From an uncultured Planctomycetaceae bacterium (GTDB lineage Bacteria > Planctomycetota > Planctomycetia > Planctomycetales > Planctomycetaceae): 20,000 bases of DNA. Below, in pieces: positions 19,959 to 20,000 of the stretch (its first letter is position 1; each line of letters begins with the position of its first letter). The notes under the pieces were generated by a model that saw only the letters and a list, made by a program, of their open reading frames with translations, had not been told where the DNA came from and ran no database searches. The stretch covers positions 368,393 to 388,392 of the forward strand of contig CAXBME010000005.1 in assembly GCA_963976765.1 (NCBI GenBank), written 5' to 3'. Both the position numbers and the translations under genes were made by a program.

Positions 19959-20000
19959 TCAAAACGGACCCACTTCGGGGAGCTGATCGGCGTTGAAAAT

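Overview
Left end of a genomic island integrated at the 3' end of a tmRNA gene (ssrA, 59-413); the host is probably a planctomycete (inference only). After the ssrA terminator and a set of repeats resembling integrase binding sites comes a 600-aa atypical tyrosine integrase. Next is a mostly minus-strand cluster of small genes resembling an establishment/anti-defence region: a second Xer-like recombinase, a DUF6927-like protein, small acidic proteins, a P-loop ATPase and ArdC. A divergent plus-strand defence operon follows (MerR/Xis-like HTH, SNF2 helicase, Type III Mod, ASCH/PUA-like protein, Type III Res), then a convergent HNH gene and unknown ORFs. The most striking unexplained signal is a 10-nt asymmetric motif (consensus TGACACCCGC on the coding strand) found 12 times at gene boundaries between 2.4 and 8.6 kb. 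It points in the direction of local transcription and is usually followed closely by a hairpin, which often hides the next ribosome-binding site. This looks like an undescribed element-wide regulatory or cassette system.
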